A stretch of 64,000 nucleotides of DNA, taken from assembly GCA_002104905.1 (NCBI GenBank), contig MCFE01000237.1, forward strand, positions 1 through 64,000, written 5' to 3'. The notes under the pieces were generated by a model. That model made no database searches, had not been told where the DNA came from, and saw only the letters and a list, made by a program, of their open reading frames with translations. Positions 50,851 through 63,660 of this stretch are shown piece after piece; within the stretch, counting starts at the first letter, position 1; the number at the start of each line of letters is the position of its first letter. The translations under genes were made by a program, and so were the position numbers. This DNA is from Basidiobolus meristosporus CBS 931.73 (lineage: Eukaryota; Fungi; Basidiobolomycota).

Positions 50851-53211
50851 ATGGTTATGTACGTAAAGAAACGTGATGGAAGACAAGAGCGTGTTGCTTT
50901 TGATAAAATTACTGCAAGAGTCAACAAACTTTGCTATGGTCTTGACACAAATTATGTTGACTCTGCTGCTGTTGCACAACGTGTTATTTCCGGCGTGTAT
51001 GAAGGAGTTACAACTCAGGAATTGGACAACCTAGCTGCAGAAACGGCTGCTTACATGACAACTAAGCATCCTGACTATGCTCTGTTGGCTGCCCGAATTG
51101 CTATTTCCAATCTTCACAAAGAAACCAAAAAGCAATTCTCCGCTGTTGTTCATGACCTATACCACTACGTTAACCCTAAAACGGAGAAACATTCACCTAA
51201 GATTGCCAAGGAGACGTACGAAATTGTTATGAAAAATGCCGAGCGCCTTGACTCTGCTATTATTTACGATAGAGACTTCAACTACAATTATTTCGGGTTC
51301 AAAACCCTGGAGCGTTCCTACCTGTTGAAGCTCGACAACAACGTCGCCGAAAGACCACAGCATTTGGTTATGAGAGTTTCCATTGGTATTCATGGAGAGG
51401 ATATTGATGCTGCTATTGAAACTTACAACTACATGTCAGAAAAATACTTCACCCATGCCTCACCCACCTTGTTCAATGCTGGAACACCGAATCCTCAGTT
51501 AAGCAGCTGCTTCCTGGTATCCATCAAGGAAGACTCGATCGACGGGATCTACGACACATTGAAAACTTGTGCCTTAATATCCAAATCTGCTGGTGGTATT
51601 GGCCTGAATGTACACAAGATTCGAGCATCTGGTTCCTACATTGCCGGCACGAATGGAACCTCTAATGGTTTGATTCCGATGTTGCGTGTATACAATAACA
51701 CTGCTCGGTATGTAGACCAAGGAGGAAACAAACGACCAGGAGCATTTGCTATTTATCTGGAGCCTTGGCATTTTGATATATTTGATTTCTTGGATCTTCG
51801 CAAGAATACAGGCAAAGAGGAATCTCGCGCCCGTGATCTGTTTTACGCCTTGTGGATCTCCGACTTATTTATGAAGCGAGTAGAGCGAGATGAGGATTGG
51901 AGTCTATTTTGTCCTGCTGAAGCACCTGGTTTAGAGGATGCCTGGGGAAAAGAATTTGAAAGGCTCTATGTGTCTTATGAACGCAAAGGCCTTGCACGTA
52001 AGACCATCAAGGCACAGAAGTTGTGGTATGCCATTCTCGACGCACAAATCGAAACTGGCAATCCGTTCATGCTCTACAAAGATGCTTGCAACCGTAAATC
52101 GAACCAACAGAATCTCGGTACCATAAAATCCAGCAACTTGTGTTGTGAGATTGTTGAATATTCCAGCCCAGAGGAGGTAGCAGTATGTAATCTTGCTAGT
52201 TTGGCACTCCCTACATTTGTGACCAGCCAAGACCATTTCAATTTCGAAGAATTGCACAAAGTTACCAAGATTCTAACCAAAAACTTGAACAAAGTCATCG
52301 ACATCAATTACTATCCGATAGAAGAAGCGCGCCGTTCAAACATGAGACACCGTCCTATCGGTTTAGGTGTTCAAGGCCTCGCCGATGCCTTCATTAAAAT
52401 GCGCATGCCTTTCGAATCACAAGCGGCTATTGATTTGAACAAGAAAATTTTCGAAACAATCTATCATGCTGCTTTAGAGGCTTCTTGTGAGATCGCACAG
52501 CGGGATGGTCCTTATTCCACCTACGAGGGCTCTCCGGTCTCCAAAGGTATCCTCCAATACGACATGTGGGGGGTTCAGCCAAGTGATTTGTGGAATTGGG
52601 ATGAGCTGAAGGAGAAGATTGCACGTCACGGCATCCGTAACTCCTTGCTGGTTGCCCCAATGCCAACAGCATCCACCTCCCAGATTCTTGGGTTCAACGA
52701 ATGTTTCGAACCCTATACCTCCAACATCTATACGCGTCGAGTACTTGCCGGTGAGTTCCAAATTGTCAACCCATGGTTGTTGAAGGATTTGGTAGAGCTG
52801 GGTCTATGGAATGATAGTTTGAAGAATCGTATCATAGCAGATAGCGGGTCGATCCAAGCAATCCCATCAATCCCTAAAGAGCTCAAGGAGCTATATAAAA
52901 CTGTATGGGAAATCAAGCAGAAGGTCATCATTGACATGGCCGCTGATAGAGGTGCTTTCATTGATCAATCACAATCACTTAACATCTTCATTGCCGAACC
53001 CTCTTACCCCAAACTTACCTCTATGCACTTCTACGGCTGGAAAAAAGGCCTCAAGACCGGTATGTATTATTTGAGAACCAGACCAGCTGCGGATGCTATC
53101 AAGTTTACGGTCGATCAACTTTCCTTACAGATGGAGGCCAATGCTATTGATGAAGCTAAATTACAGTGTTCTATTGATAACAAAGACGACTGCATGATGT
53201 GCAGTGGTTAA
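50851..53211 (+). CDS. RNR1: Ribonucleoside-diphosphate reductase large subunit (class Ia), intronless
   Basis: ATP cone [11 protein letters not shown]; [12 protein letters not shown]; QLSSCFL; SNLCCEI; [13 protein letters not shown]; [11 protein letters not shown]; C-terminal CMMCSG. The start may be ATG 50857. Confidence 0.98.
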   Translation: MVMYVKKRDGRQERVAFDKITARVNKLCYGLDTNYVDSAAVAQRVISGVYEGVTTQELDNLAAETAAYMTTKHPDYALLAARIAISNLHKETKKQFSAVVHDLYHYVNPKTEKHSPKIAKETYEIVMKNAERLDSAIIYDRDFNYNYFGFKTLERSYLLKLDNNVAERPQHLVMRVSIGIHGEDIDAAIETYNYMSEKYFTHASPTLFNAGTPNPQLSSCFLVSIKEDSIDGIYDTLKTCALISKSAGGIGLNVHKIRASGSYIAGTNGTSNGLIPMLRVYNNTARYVDQGGNKRPGAFAIYLEPWHFDIFDFLDLRKNTGKEESRARDLFYALWISDLFMKRVERDEDWSLFCPAEAPGLEDAWGKEFERLYVSYERKGLARKTIKAQKLWYAILDAQIETGNPFMLYKDACNRKSNQQNLGTIKSSNLCCEIVEYSSPEEVAVCNLASLALPTFVTSQDHFNFEELHKVTKILTKNLNKVIDINYYPIEEARRSNMRHRPIGLGVQGLADAFIKMRMPFESQAAIDLNKKIFETIYHAALEASCEIAQRDGPYSTYEGSPVSKGILQYDMWGVQPSDLWNWDELKEKIARHGIRNSLLVAPMPTASTSQILGFNECFEPYTSNIYTRRVLAGEFQIVNPWLLKDLVELGLWNDSLKNRIIADSGSIQAIPSIPKELKELYKTVWEIKQKVIIDMAADRGAFIDQSQSLNIFIAEPSYPKLTSMHFYGWKKGLKTGMYYLRTRPAADAIKFTVDQLSLQMEANAIDEAKLQCSIDNKDDCMMCSG

Positions 53212-53314
53212 TCGAATATCGCTACATGTATATTATTTTTCGTAAATTAAGTAAACCAAGTCTTTAAATCCAAAATTCGTTGCCTTGCTTGGTTTATTTC
53301 TATCTGGCAAGGAA

Positions 53315-54541
53315 TTACATATCCTCCAGAATGGTAATGCCCACCATAAGCCCAACGCCGACAAACATCGCTACAATTTGCCAAAAGGCATTCTTCAATT
53401 TTTCACATGTGGTTGCCTGCTCAGAATCCTCTAAAAGCTCGGGGATAACCCCAACCGTCGCAATGTAGATGAATCCACCTGTGGTGGCAGGGATTATCAT
53501 CTCGCTAGCTGAGATGATTGAGTTGCTCTCGCCCCCTAAATATCCACTCAAGAATGGAATTAGCTCGGGATTTCTAGTGGCCTCCTCGATAGCAACCCCA
53601 ACAGCAGTTCCCAGAAAAGCACCAATGGCAGTGACAAATTGCGCACCCAAAGCACGACTCTTGCTGAAACCAGATTGAATTAATATAGCATAATCACCCA
53701 CTTCGTGTGGGATTTCGTGGAAAAACACAGCGGCAAATGTTGAGATACCAATTGCAGGAGATGTATAGAAAGAGGCGGCAATTGCTAATCCATCAGTAAA
53801 ATTATGAGTCATGTCCGCTAGTAGGTTGAGATATGCAGAAAGGTTGACATTTTGGTTGACGGTATACTGGGTGATTTTTCGGTTGTCAGGCTCCGAAGTG
53901 TCGGTTTTCTTGCGCTGTCGTATCTGAGCGTCGGTCTTGACTGAAGTGCTGAGACCTTGGTTTTCACCATGACCATGGTTATGGTGTGAGTGGGAATGGC
54001 CACCACCACTTGCAACTCTCATGAACTTATCCATCAAGAAGAAGAATAAAAAGCCTCCAAAAATCCCCAAACCAACGTACAAATTACGCCACTTCATCTT
54101 GCCGTCACCGAGTTCGATTACTTCACCATGTTCGCCCAAAAACACCTGAGGAAGGAGATGCAGGAAGACGTCGCCCAATAAACCACCAACTGCAAAGCTT
54201 ACGAGAATATTGAGGCTACTTGTACGAATATTTGGTGGTACAAAAAACAAGATAAGATTGGGAACCAAGGAAATATATGTAGTGGCTAGGAAGGAAGAAG
54301 TCATAGGATCTTCAGAGAATAAAAATCCAAAACTAGAACCTCCTTCCGGCTTCCCACCAGTGCAACCACTTGAGGGTTTGCTATTCATTCCAAATAAACT
54401 GTAGCCGCAGGTTTCTAGATTCTCACCTTGCTTCTCAAAGCTAGTCTTGTGCCCTGCACATAAGATGACGCCAATGAGAACCAAGAAAATCGAAAATCTC
54501 CAGTAACTTCGTGGGTACTCCAAAGAGCCAGCTGGTATCAT
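53315..54541 (-). CDS. ZIP-family zinc transporter (ZIP7/Yke4-like), intronless
   Basis: SFAVGGLLGDVFLHLLP; His-rich loop HSHSHHNHGH; YLNLLADMTHNFTDGLAI; FFHEIPHEVGDYAILI; GGFIYIA. Confidence 0.95.
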   Translation of the reverse strand: MIPAGSLEYPRSYWRFSIFLVLIGVILCAGHKTSFEKQGENLETCGYSLFGMNSKPSSGCTGGKPEGGSSFGFLFSEDPMTSSFLATTYISLVPNLILFFVPPNIRTSSLNILVSFAVGGLLGDVFLHLLPQVFLGEHGEVIELGDGKMKWRNLYVGLGIFGGFLFFFLMDKFMRVASGGGHSHSHHNHGHGENQGLSTSVKTDAQIRQRKKTDTSEPDNRKITQYTVNQNVNLSAYLNLLADMTHNFTDGLAIAASFYTSPAIGISTFAAVFFHEIPHEVGDYAILIQSGFSKSRALGAQFVTAIGAFLGTAVGVAIEEATRNPELIPFLSGYLGGESNSIISASEMIIPATTGGFIYIATVGVIPELLEDSEQATTCEKLKNAFWQIVAMFVGVGLMVGITILEDM

Positions 54542-55067
54542 GTTTCCAAAAGACTATACAAAGTGAGGAAACGAACTGGCATCTTCAATTACTCAAGGTT
54601 TTCTGATATATTCAAGAAAGTATCAAGACACCTATGCATGATTGGTAGATTATGAATTTATATTCATTAATTTGTCGGTGTCAGTCATTTGTCTGATCAC
54701 TTACAACGCAATTGAATAACTAGCATTTAACAGGTAGATTCCCAATGGTGTAACTTCGTGGCTTTGCATGAGCATTAAACGACTCAGATAAATATATACG
54801 CACCTGACGCCAATATAAGTGTAAGCTTGGCCAATATCCAAATAAAGCTGCATTCATTCCTGCACAAAGCTTTAAGGCTCAATCCTTTCGCTACTTGCGA
54901 TGCCATTGAATTATCAAATAGGAGTATTGTTTGCCGTCGAGTAACCGTTATCAAAAAAACTGACATTGGCAATAGAGGTAAAAGTTATGAGAAGATGGGA
55001 AGGCCTCTTGATTCTAACAAATTACATACAGTAGTAATTTTATTTTGTAGTGGTACATGTAAGAAAT

Positions 55068-55604
55068 CTAGGATCTGGGCTTCTCCTTCTTTTCCTTATA
55101 CAAAGCGAGAAGAGAGACACCAGAAACCTTGACGACCTTGAAACGAACACCGGGGATATCACCAACAGCTCTGCCCTTACGACCGAAACCGGAAATAAGG
55201 ACTTCATCGTTTTCTTCGACGAAGTTCAAACAACCATCATTGGGAACGAAGGCGGTGATCTTCTTACCGTTCTTGATGAGTTGAACACGAACGCACTTAC
55301 GAATAGCAGAGTTAGGCTGCTTGGCTTCGACACCGATCTTTTCCAATACGATACCCTTGGCGTGGGAAGATCCACCGAATGGTGAGGATTTGAAAGCGGT
55401 ACCAAGAGCACGCTTCTTGTACTGCTTGTCAGCCCAACGTTCCTCGCGACGATGGTTACGAAGTTTACGAGCTGCCTGAAGACCTCTAGGTTTACCCTTA
55501 CCTTAAGTAAAAGTGGCATTTAGTTACTTGTCGATGTAATGGTTTGCGATACGATGATTGTTCCATCCATCCGATATCACTAAGAAGTAACTATGCTTAC
55601 CCAT
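55068..55604 (-). CDS. RPS23: 40S ribosomal protein S23 (uS12), one intron after ATGG
   Basis: [20 protein letters not shown]...[33 protein letters not shown]...[13 protein letters not shown]...KEKPRS. Confidence 0.98.
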
Positions 55605-56185
55605 GCTGAATTAGGATATGAAATGAATGAAAGGAAGAGCAAATCCCATCACATTCCCTATTTATTCGATGACGAAATCAGTGAAATTTTCTACCAATCT
55701 TGATGCACCGTGAGCGTATGGTCATGTGATGATATCAATTTCGCGATGATATTCTAGAGCTTATTATCAGATTTACATCTGGTAAGACTACAACAGACTC
55801 TTTATTGGACAATTTGCGAATAAATGCAGAATTACTTCACAAGCCAGTCATCATACAATTTAAATACAGTTATTTGTGATGCAGCTTCAACCTTATTGTA
55901 ACTCAAGGCAGTGTACTTTAGGAGCAACAAGGTGGTGTGTTGTTTTAACATCATATAGAAGCCAAGTTAGTAGCATGGGCCTTGGGATAAAAGCAAAAAA
56001 CCTACGAATATCAATCTAGCTGGTAATATAATGATGCTATTTTATTCGAGACAATATACAAATGGCACTGAATTAGTAGCCCACAGGGAGATCGACCATG
56101 AATTATCATTCGATTTCACAGTCCCATAGGATTAGGTTGGCTGTGAAGACTGGGAAGGATTCAACGGACATACACAACGGAACCA

Positions 56186-57765
56186 TTACTGAATCCCGTC
56201 TGCCATTTTGGAAATCAATGCCTCCCGTTGTTGATTTAATTGCTCCTATAGAAATAAATAAAAATCAACTCTCTGAGATACAAGCATGCTATTTTCATGT
56301 GTTCACTGACCAGCTCAGTCTGCTTGCTTTCCACTTTCATTTTCGCCAGCTCGAGGTCCTATTAAACAGAAAAAACAAACACAATTAGACAAGACTCAAG
56401 GGCAACTGCTGCAAGTGCATTTAGCATACCGGAGGTAAATCAAGATAGGTTTTGATTTGTTTGTGTTGATTCCGCAGCTGCTGCTTGGCCTCACGGATTT
56501 GATTATCCAGTTTCCACAGGGAAGAGATGGAAAGGTCTTTACATTCAGGAATAATCTCCGACTAAACTCGATCAGAATAAACCTTCAAAATACTAAAGTA
56601 CAAAGCAGTAGCTACCTCAATAGTTGAGATTTTATCTCTAATCTGCTTAATCCACTTCTCCATCTCGGTGTTCTGAATCTCAAATCGACTGAACAATGCT
56701 TCATTGTATTCCTTCTCACCATCAAGCGCCAATATCTCCCTAATCACGAATTAGTGGTATCCATACTGTATATAAGCATGTGGCTAAACATACCTTTCGA
56801 CTCTATTCTTTGCGTCATTTAGCTTTCCGATAAAATGATGTACCGCTTCGATATCCGTATCCCTAGTAGAGTTGAGTAGGCTCAATTCGTTCTGGCGCTC
56901 ACTAAAATCCAAGATTCCTTCAAAGAAGCTACATCGTGGATTAGTATTGTATTCATGGTTCATTCTCGGTAGGGATCGTACCTGCTTATTTCTAGATCCG
57001 CCAAACCCAGCTTCTCAGCCACTGCAACCAAAGTATTCAGCGGACTTCCTTCCTCTTGGAAATCTTCAATGAACAATCCAATATCATTCAAGCAATTTTC
57101 CATTGATTGCGCTACATATGGAGGAAAATCAGAATACTAGTAAGGCATGCAAAACAGTCTCATACGGTTACCTTCAAGACGGTACTCCTGGGAAATTTTT
57201 TCCTCTTCTTCCTCGATATATGGGAGGATTTCATCTTGTTGTTCATTGTGTATAGCGATGTCATATAGTAAATCGACTGTCTCCGATGTTTTTTCCCATT
57301 TTGGTATAGGATTGCGACCGTACTTGGATTTCAGCCATTGTTGAACCTATTTTAACAGAAAACAGTCGAAACTTTGTTACTACAGGTGAGCGTGCAGTAA
57401 TACAGCTGAGATGTATGTACTTTTTTCAATTTAACAGGATTGGGACGCTTCTTTTCGAGCCCTCGTCTGTGTTGCGGAGTGCAAAGGTATATATCTGATA
57501 TCATGGTTTCTTCGATCATGGACGTTCTATCGAGAAAGCTATGTCTAATGGGGGGCGCAATTCCTTCGCTGGAAATAGTTCTTGTGGGTGGTGAGACAGA
57601 ATTCAAATCAAAGCGCACTTTTTTTTCCACGGTGGCAGGGGAAGCGCTGCCGTTTTTTCTAGGTGTTGTTTGGGGAGAGACTTGGCCTTCCGAAGAAACC
57701 TCCTGAGACTCGGAGGAAGGCTGTACATGCATAGATGAGGGTTTGTTGAGCGGGCTAGAATCCAT
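56186..57765 (-). CDS. HAUS1: Augmin complex subunit HAUS1-like protein with an N-terminal extension, multi-exon
   Basis: Exon VQQWLKSKYGRNPIPKWEKTSETVDLLYDIAIHN resembles the HAUS1 N-terminus (WLKKIFGDHPIPQYE). The last exons, IKTYLDLPP|DLELAKMKVESKQTEL|EQLNQQRE, resemble the HAUS1 C-terminus (YLDLMPNPSLAQVKIEE). Confidence 0.78.
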
Positions 57766-59149
57766 TTTGTCAAATTATTTCACTGGAATGTTAGAGTTTA
57801 TCACACCGAAGCGAGGAACATTCAATGTGGATGCTCTAGTACCTTTTCACACTGGCTGTGATTAGTGAATTTTTGTTAACTGTCAATAAAAACAATCGAA
57901 TGATTTGTGGCCGCATAATTCCCAACTATTCAATGAAATTACCAGTTGCAAATCATTATGAAGTATAAAATTCAATGACTCCAGTATATGCATAGCAATA
58001 AAATGATCCTCGCAATGCACCATTCTTAAGCAAAGGGCTGTCTAAACTTTGAGCCAAGAGGTGAAGTCAGCGGGTCTGCCTGCTTATGCACCAGTCTACT
58101 ATAATGCAATACCATTGCGTATGCGCAATTATTCGTTTTCTACTGCTCGAGCGTCACTTTACTGAGGCATGATAATATAAGAAGATCAGGTTCAAAACGA
58201 CCATTGACCCAGTATTTTATGAAGCATTGTCACTTCAACTGATGCCACTCAGCCAACACTCACCCACAGATTCAAGTTACCAACGTGCTGGCAACGCCAT
58301 GCATCTTCATTAGTCGTGTAAATAAAAACATGAGCTTATACATCATCATTTCATATTGAGGCTACATATTTGGGCTCAGCATCAACATCACTCATGAGTA
58401 AGATCTGAGCTTAGAAGAAGCCCAACTTGATAGATATACTGGTCAGTGATACATTGTTGGTGGGTGCATATCTACAACATTTTTATCCCCTTGATCAGTC
58501 TCCTCGTTCTGGATTGGTGTCCACAGCCGAACAACGTATTACATTCCGATAATATCATGTATCATATCAAAGAGAACCCCATAGAAAATGACCATTTGTT
58601 TACTATCAAGCTTAACAAACTGGGTTTCGTAGTATTATATATTATGCAAGTGCTGATTTGATGATGATTCCAACTTGATGTACACAACTAGGGGAGTCGT
58701 CACTATTTATAAATGGTTAGTGATAACCAAACAATCGATATCTGTACCCCAAATCATGAGGCAGGATGTTCCTAATCATAGATAATACGGTTATCTTTTT
58801 TCTATCGTAGAAGCTAGTTTGTTCGATGATGTTTACATGGGAAATATTCCCTTTTATTAATGTTTGACTATAGCATCATGGGTTCGTCATTGGGTATTTG
58901 TTTGATAATCTGTTGCTTCTGGCAGATATGATGCATTTATTCTAGTACTCTGTATCCTGAATGCTTGAAAAGCCAATGATTGTCAACACATTTGAATCAA
59001 TCGATAATGTAGTTAAAGAATGCCATTACTCAACTTGTGGGAATTCATTGGTGAGCAGGCTCCAAAAAAAATCATTAGGGTATATATGTGGAGTATGAAC
59101 CCTTACGTTTTTCCTCTGATTCTATTCCAATTTACGTTTCAGAATCACC

Positions 59150-60913
59150 ATGGCCTCAGTTTCTAAGCAAAAGCGTTTAGCTGCCAGAGCTGCAAAGTCA
59201 AAGGCAAAGACAGCCCAAAAGCAAGAGGTTGATGACCTTGACTTGCAAAATTTAAAGATTGAAGCTGAGAGAACTTCAACTGGTGTGCTCACTTCGCAAC
59301 CTGCTTCACGTGATATCAAGATTGAGTCTTTTACTCTCTCTTTCTTTGGACGAGAGCTCATCTCTAACGCCACAATTGAGCTTAACTTCGGCCGTCGGTA
59401 TGGTCTTATAGGCGCTAACGGGTCTGGAAAAAGTACTTTCCTCAAAGCATTAGGCAACCGTGAAGTGCCGATTCCTCCTCATGTTGATATTTATTTGCTC
59501 AGTGAAGAGGCTGCTCCCAGTGAGTACACTGCTGTTGAAGCGGTCATTAAAAATGCTGAGGAGGAAGTCAAGCGTTTAGAAAAGGAGGTGGAGGAGCTCT
59601 TAACTGAGGAGGATGCGGCTGATAATCCTATTCTGGAAGATATTTATGAGCGTATTGAGAACCTGGATCCTACTACTTTCGAAGTCCGTGCTTGCACGCT
59701 TCTTCATGGCCTTGGGTTCTCTAAAGACCAAATGGCCAAGAAGACAAAGGACATGTCTGGTGGTTGGCGTATGCGTGTAGCCCTTGCCAAGGCTCTTTTC
59801 ATTCGTCCCACTCTTTTGCTTCTTGATGAGCCCACTAATCATTTGGATTTGGAGGCTTGTGTGTGGCTTGAAGAGTATCTCAAAGGCTATGACCGTATTT
59901 TGGTGGTCGTATCGCACTCTCAAGATTTCTTGAATAACGTATGCACAAACATCATGCACCTTACCCATCAACGCAAGTTGACGTATTATGGTGGTAATTA
60001 TGACACATTCATCAAAACCAAAGCTGAGTTGGAAGCCAATCAGATGAAGGCATACTACAAACAACAGGATGAAATTGCCCATATTAAGAAGTTCATTGCT
60101 TCTGCTGGTACTTACGCCAACTTGGTGAGACAAGCCAAGAGTAAGCAGAAGATTATCGACAAAATGGAAGCTGCAGGCCTAATTGAGAAGGTCGAGCCAC
60201 CACCAGCTTTCAAGTTTAACTTCACTGATGTCCCCAAGCTTCCACCCCCAGTCTTGTCATTTGACAAGGTGTGGTTCTCGTACGACGGCAAAGAAGAAAA
60301 TTCGCTGTACAGAGATTTGGAATTGGGTGTTGACATGGACTCCCGTATAGCCTTGGTTGGACCTAATGGTGCAGGTAAATCCACACTGCTGAAGCTGATG
60401 ATGGGCGAGCTTGTCCCAATTAGTGGGCGTGTATCTCGGCATACCCACTTGAAAATTGGCAAGTACAACCAGCATTCAGCTGATCAACTGGATATGACTG
60501 TCAGTCCCATCGATTACATGCGTAACAAATTCGGTGAGGAGTTCGGTAAGGACGTAAGCTTTTGGCGAACCCAGATTGGCCGCTATGGCCTCACCGGTAC
60601 CCACCAGACCTCATTGATCTCGAACTTGTCTGATGGATTGAAGACACGTCTGGTATTTGCTGAATTGGCTTTAGCACAACCGCACATTATTCTTCTGGAC
60701 GAACCTACCAATCACTTGGATATGGAGTCTATTGATTCCTTAGCTGACGCCATTAACCAGTTCAGTGGTGGCGTTGTTTTAGTTTCTCACGATTTCAGAC
60801 TGATTTCGCAAGTTGCTCAAGCTATATGGGTCTGCGAGAAAGGAACAGTTACCCCTTGGAATGACGATATTGCCGCTTACAAGGAACATCTTCGTAAGAA
60901 TGTTAAATTGTAA
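59150..60913 (+). CDS. ARB1: ABC-F ATPase (ABCF2/Arb1), intronless
   Basis: Two NBDs: GANGSGKST / MSGGWRMR / LLLLDEPTNHLD and GPNGAGKST / LSDGLKTR / ILLDEPTNHLD. No TM domain. Confidence 0.96.
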   Translation: MASVSKQKRLAARAAKSKAKTAQKQEVDDLDLQNLKIEAERTSTGVLTSQPASRDIKIESFTLSFFGRELISNATIELNFGRRYGLIGANGSGKSTFLKALGNREVPIPPHVDIYLLSEEAAPSEYTAVEAVIKNAEEEVKRLEKEVEELLTEEDAADNPILEDIYERIENLDPTTFEVRACTLLHGLGFSKDQMAKKTKDMSGGWRMRVALAKALFIRPTLLLLDEPTNHLDLEACVWLEEYLKGYDRILVVVSHSQDFLNNVCTNIMHLTHQRKLTYYGGNYDTFIKTKAELEANQMKAYYKQQDEIAHIKKFIASAGTYANLVRQAKSKQKIIDKMEAAGLIEKVEPPPAFKFNFTDVPKLPPPVLSFDKVWFSYDGKEENSLYRDLELGVDMDSRIALVGPNGAGKSTLLKLMMGELVPISGRVSRHTHLKIGKYNQHSADQLDMTVSPIDYMRNKFGEEFGKDVSFWRTQIGRYGLTGTHQTSLISNLSDGLKTRLVFAELALAQPHIILLDEPTNHLDMESIDSLADAINQFSGGVVLVSHDFRLISQVAQAIWVCEKGTVTPWNDDIAAYKEHLRKNVKL

Positions 60914-61094
60914 ATGTAATATTATCATATATCTTCTATCATCCTTCGCATCAAATATTTGCACCTAGACCGTCTGTAACTAAAATGTATTTCAACAATT
61001 CGAAACTCTGGATGCTTTTCTAGAAATAAACCACCATTAAGCCCAAAAGAATTCCGCACATCTCTACGTTTATTTGTGATGTATGATACACTAT

Positions 61095-62537
61095 CTACTT
61101 GCCAATGCGTTGGCGCATGTTGGCTAAAAATGAATTAATCGCGTCATCTAGCTGGTGACTGGTCATATCTATTGGTGCTTGGTTTTCAGTTTGGGTGGAG
61201 ACCCGAATAGTGGGTTCAGCGTTGCTCAGGGTCTCCTCTGGCATCTTGTGATTTCGTTTCTGTCGCTTGAGGCGCAGAAGCTCTTTGCGGGCTTCAAGTT
61301 GTTCTTTACGTTTGTCCTTGATATTCTTGTGGAGAGCTCGGACTTGCTCTGTCTGTTGGCAAACAGGTGAGTATACTATCACTTCGATGTATATAATAGA
61401 TGTCGTTAATTTACCTCGTTTCTTAAGTTTTTGAGTTCTAGCAGTTGGGCTCTTCTCTCTTCTTCGTTCGTGGAAAATCGGTAGTACCCAACACCCTTGG
61501 TTCGAATCTCTGTAATGGCTGATTAGTGGGAAACCAAGCTGATATTTCTGTAGTTCTTCTATACCATGAGCATCATCGTAATGTGCGGGTCCAGCTACAA
61601 TATATGAGATGAGTTTGGGATGGCTGTTTACATATTCTCACTCCATAAAAAAGTTCACCTGCTATTTCTGCTCTAGCTTCAGCTTCCCATCTTTCCCTCT
61701 CAAGCTCTCTTCGCATGTCAGCGGACATCATGGTCGGAAGTCCATCTCTAAGTGGTTTTAGTTCAGTTTGTTAACTGTTCTATCGTAAATTCACTGTTGA
61801 ACACTAACTCGTATTGAGGAGAAGGTGATCTCTCTTTGGGGACTTCGCTTTGTCTGAGCAAACGAGTTCTTCCAAATTCATCAATGTACTCAACCCACGG
61901 ATCATCGGTTTCCTTTTCCTTTTCTGAGAGATCACTTTCCTAGAATAAACTTGGTTACTTCGAGAGTTTACTTCTTAGGATTGCGAATAAACCCACATCG
62001 GCCTGTTCCCATTGTTTCCGTTCAAAATCTACAAGCATCTCTTCGATATCTTTTTCATTCATATCATCTATACATTGATGTCACGTTTAGAAGTGTCTTA
62101 GAAGCTTCATAAAAAGGATTCTGAACACAAACCTAAGTTTGTGCGTTTTAACTTTTCGTAAAGTTTTGCTTTCCGCTCTAGAGCTTTCCTACTCGCATCC
62201 AGGCTTGGCTTTTCCGCCTCCTGCTCAAGTTTATCTTTGGCCGATCGTTGTTCTACGCCTTTGTTGGGCTTTGCCCAAGCAGGTAGTTTCTGTGTGATAA
62301 AAGTTTAAAAACTCCATTTTACACTCTATGGTGAGCGAAAGAGTACCTTGCTTTGGATCCTGGAAGCAGCAGGTGCATTTTTTCCTTGAGCTCTTTCTTT
62401 TCGAAAACTTTCCTCGTGCTTTAAGAGCTCCGCTTTGAAGTCAAGTACCTATTTTAAAATTGGTGTAAGTTGGTGTACCACGATTCTTGGTGAAAAACAC
62501 TTACTGAAGACGAGCTAATGTCAATGACTTTCTTCAT
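61095..62537 (-). CDS. CCDC174-like (DUF4078) coiled-coil protein, multi-exon
   Basis: MKKVIDISSSS|VLDLKAEL; SRKALERKAKLYE; WVEYIDEFGRTR; EIRTKGVGYYRFS..EEERRAQL. Confidence 0.85.
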
Positions 62538-63079
62538 TTCTAATACAGTCTACTCATACTTGTCGAAATATCTAGTTAATATTGGCGAAAATAGACTGAA
62601 CTTTATTGGCTAAGATTTTCTAGTCGCATCAATTATTCATTCACAGCTGATTCTTATGGCAAAACCAATTGATGGATACGCTGGGTTAGTGATTTGTATC
62701 ATTCTATTTTAGACTAAACGCCTGCATAAGCTGGTTAATGATACCATTTGCAGAAAGCCTCCTACTAGTATTAAGGGCTCTAGAGAAAGTATGTACTTGA
62801 GTCTAATTCTCGGTCACTTCCCCACATGACTATTAGTGTTCACGGTTTTGAAGTAACTAAACAGCCATGTGCCTATTTGTTCATATCCTTGATCTACGTT
62901 TAGTGACATCATAAGTCATTTGTATCATATTTATGTATTACTGAAAGTTCTGTGAAAATGTTGTAAACTATTGTATGCCATATTTAATAACATATGCCTT
63001 TAGGTTATATTAAAGTACCACACCAAGATATTTAAGTCTTAAACCAGAGCATTCAGGATCAAGGCTTGTACAGTATGTA

Positions 63080-63660
63080 CAAACTGGAATTTGAAAGTGT
63101 TCCAAAGTTCTACAAAAAGTTCAAGTACTTATGTTTCTGCAATAAACCAGCAAGTAAAATACTATCTGATTAACACTAGCTGTTGCAAGTTTCTAAAGAG
63201 TATTGGAAGCGATCTGGAGAACTAGAAGAATTGTGTGATATCCACTTGTTGTTTTTTAAGCTCTAATAAGTATTATGCTTTTTGGGGAACTTTGTTAAAA
63301 TAATGACAAAGATGTCTAACAGAGGTCACAGAAAGCGGTGTGCAAAGTTTGTGGTATTTGGACGAGTTTGATAAATCTTGATAACTTGCAGGCCTTCACT
63401 AATCCCAAGATAAACCCTAAGTAAATAATTCATAATTTAACAACAAGCTAAATAGAATCTCAAGGTATATGAGTAGTTTAGGTGTGAACTAAACATTTAC
63501 TACACTAACTCACTTCCAAGTCTCAGTTTAGCTTTCAAAGGTGATGTTAAAATTTAAGAATGAGTGATTCTCTCAGTGATGTAACCAGTGGAAATAAAAT
63601 ATTGATGCTGCAACAGGTAGCTTTGAATGCAAGGTTGAATTTTGTGGTCAGTTTTGAAGA
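63080..63660. repeat. Degenerate modular repeat, locus 3
   Basis: Positions 63180-63490 align collinearly with 42672-42975 (TGTTGCAAG, TTGGAAG-GAT, CACTTGTTGTTTT, GGGGAACTT, GTGTGCAAAGT at 63338, GATAACTT, CCTTCACTAAT, AAATAATTCATA, TTTAGGTGT-AACTAAA). Confidence 0.85.
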
